From NCBI GenBank assembly GCA_038321985.1, contig JBBQFN010000024.1, forward strand, positions 13,124 to 77,123: a stretch of DNA of 64,000 nucleotides, read 5' to 3'. Below are positions 61,611 through 64,000 of this stretch, in pieces; positions within the stretch are counted from its first letter, which is position 1, and every line of letters starts with the position of its first letter. Below the pieces are notes generated by a model, which did not search any database, had not been told where the DNA came from, and saw only the letters and a program-made list of their open reading frames with translations. The translations under genes were made by a program, and so were the position numbers. Source of the DNA: Cyanophyceae cyanobacterium (GTDB lineage: Bacteria > Cyanobacteriota > Cyanobacteriia > Cyanobacteriales > Laspinemataceae).

Positions 61611-63860
61611 TCACCGTTGCTTGATAACTACAATGGTAATATCATCAAACACCTTTTGCTCACCAATAAACTCCCGGAGGTTATTAATCGCCATCTCCCG
61701 AATTTCTTCCGCAGACTGCTGCCAATGCTGCGATACAACCTCACAAAGTCGGTCTAACCCATATTGCTCATTCGCCATATTTTCTGCCTCCGTAATTCCA
61801 TCGGTATAGAGCACTACGCCATCCCCGGAATTTAACTGCACTTGAGCTTCCATAATAAAATCAGAAATATCCATCTCTAACCCAACGGGAAATCCTAAAT
61901 CAATGGTATCAATCCGCTCAATTTCTCCATTCGCCCGGACAATCAAAATTTCCTCATGTTGTCCACTAATCCGCAATACTCCATCAGCATAATCCAGTAA
62001 CGCTAAAGTCAGGTTCTTATCCGTCCGCATCCGCTCAACGTTATCGTGAACAATCCGGTTGATGGTATTTAAGAACTTGATGTAATCAGTTTCATTGTTA
62101 ACCAGCAAAGTTCGTACTGCGGTTTGCACCATCAGCATGACCATCCCCGCTTCTAATCCATGTCCCGTCACATCACCAATACCAATTTTGATGCGTCCAT
62201 CATAGTTGAGGACATCATAATAATCTCCCCCCACTTCCTCAGCAGGTTCCATAAATCCGGCAATTTCTAAGTTAGGAATGGCCTGTAATTCTTTGTTCCG
62301 GGGGAGGATTTTCTGTTGCAGTTGCCGGGTGACATCCAGTTCCGCACTCATCCGCAGGTTGTCGGATTTGAGCAGTTCATTCAGGGTGCTGATTTCTTCG
62401 TTCGCTTCCGCAAGTTGGGCGGTACGTTCGATGACTTTATCTTCTAAGGTATGGTACAGTTGGGCGTTTTCTAGGGAAATTGCAGCTTGGGCCGAAATGA
62501 CTTGTAACAGTTCAATTCGTTCTTGGGTAAATGCGCCGGTTGCTAAGTTATTTTCGAGGTAGATAATGCCGATAAGTTTGCCTTGGTTGACTATGGCGGC
62601 ACAAAGCAGTGACTGGGTTTGCTGTTGGAGAATGTAAGGGTCTGCGGTGAAAATTCCCTCTTGGGTAGCGTTGGCGAGGATGACATTTTCTTGAGTCCGG
62701 GCGACATAGTTAATGATAGCGGGAGGAACGAAGTTGCCGCTTTCTAGGGGTAAGGATTCCAGGATTTGGACTTCATCATGGGGAAGTTTGGCGGCTTCGA
62801 TTTTGAGTTGATTGTTGTCAGATAAAATCAGCACACCTTTTTGTGCTCCGGCGTTTTCTATGGCGAGATTTAGAAGTTGAGACAGGAGTTTATTGAGTTG
62901 AATTTCGCTGGAAATCGCTTGGGAGGCTTTGAGCACGGTGGCGATATCCAGGGTTTCTCCGGAACTGCTGCCACTGGTGGAGGGGTAGGAGATTGTGCTG
63001 CCGGTGGAGGTGCGTAACTCAATGAGTTGGGGATAACGGGTTTCTAGGTGTTTGACTTTGGCTGTCGCACCCCAGCGTTGATAGGCATAGTGAGCTTCTT
63101 TCAGATAAAATCGCGCTAGGTGAGGGATGTTGCACCCGATGTAGAAACGGGCGGCGAGTTCGTAGGCGAGGGCTTCTTCGTTGAGATATTCGTTTTCTTT
63201 GGCAAGGGTGATGGCGCGATCGTAGTAGTCTCGCGCATCGGACGGGTTGCACAAGATTCGGGCGCGTTCGGCTTCGACGAGATAGTATTTATGTAGGTAG
63301 TTCATGGGGGCGTGTTGCGCCCAGAGTTGCATTTTTTCCTGGTTGGCGATGACTTTTTCTAGGATGCGCTGTTGTTCCAGTTCCGGGGAGTCGGGATAGA
63401 GGGCGAGGTGGGTGAGGGAAGCGTAGAAATTGAATAAGGGGACCGTATGCATGGCGATCGCCATTCCCACATACTCTTCCCCCAAGGCTACATTTTCAGC
63501 CGCCTCAGGAAACCGTTCAAACAGGTAGCACAACATGATTTTGTTTAAATAACTCAAACAAAGCGCAATTCTATCCCCTGTTTGTTGATAAGATAACAGT
63601 TGACTCGATTCATCAAATGTATCACTATTGAGCGTCCAGGGTTCTTCAGTCGGAGTTAACAGCTTAAAGACCGATTCTCGAAACGATTCCATCCACCGTA
63701 ACGATATTGCTTGCTTTAATTTGATGAGTTCATCGCTGTAATTAGAAATTGCAGCGTTGATATAAAGCAGTTCTTGGCCTGTCCAGTACGAATGGACGCA
63801 GTACATCCACAATGCCAACCCTCCATACAAAATATCTCCGGTTTCTAATCCACTTTGATA
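61611..63860 (-). pseudogene. 3' part of a kinase/AAA-GAF-SpoIIE (PP2C) phosphatase gene, interrupted by an IS
   Basis: Begins mid-domain (YQSGLETGD, homologous to AYESGLESGD in the 1825-aa protein); GAF; VGGDYYD, GDVTGHG, LYTDGITE, DDIT; in-frame TGA inside the IS end. Confidence 0.8.
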
Positions 63861-64000
63861 GGCTCTTCAGACTTTTTGGTGATAAGTTTTTCTAATTAGT
63901 TACTGAGCGTTTAAATGTTTTTGAGTGGCTACCTCTCTAATTTATAATGACTATGATGAAAAAGCTGCTAAAAGACGTAACCGAAAGTTGTCAAAATTTC
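63861..64000 (-). mobile_element. Right end of an ISL3-family insertion sequence (runs off window)
   Basis: Terminus GGCTCTTCAGACTTTTTGGTGATAAG at 63861; minus-strand 63998-63951 encodes NFDNFRLRLLAAFSS*, like the ISL3 transposase C-terminal GFxNFxNFRxR motif. Confidence 0.75.

Larger units (their letters stand above)
1..64000. repeat. HIP1 octamer GCGATCGC dispersed throughout
   Basis: Dozens of copies (e.g. 333-340, 479-486), in genes and intergenic DNA; diagnostic of many cyanobacteria. Confidence 0.95.

Overview
Chromosomal window from a filamentous cyanobacterium: psaD, a Cph1-type phytochrome, very frequent HIP1 octamers (GCGATCGC) and Oscillatoriales-style REP/MITE repeats. The main accessory content is a dispersed DNA phosphorothioation (Dnd) neighbourhood. 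It comprises dndB-[SBD-HNH nuclease]-dndC-dndD-dndE (14.8-21.2 kb, minus), a tandem-duplicated Dnd-associated methyltransferase, a divergent second DGQHR protein and a 'dnd-associated protein 4'. About 22 kb downstream lies a SF2 helicase / small protein / Rad50-like ATPase operon resembling a nuclease-less PbeABC module. No dndA or dndFGH is in the window. Other notable items: a phytochrome whose phospho-acceptor His is Ala; a DhaM-HPr-EI PTS fusion; an unlisted CopG/RHH gene divergent from a DUF3102-like coiled-coil gene across a 10-bp phased repeat array; a MITE with its empty site visible next to it; an ethylene-receptor-like hybrid kinase; a eukaryotic-type tandem PFK; and a GAF-PP2C gene cut by an ISL3-like element at the right edge. 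Family assignments come from motifs read by eye plus recalled knowledge; no database search was run. No rRNA, tRNA or CRISPR was recognised.
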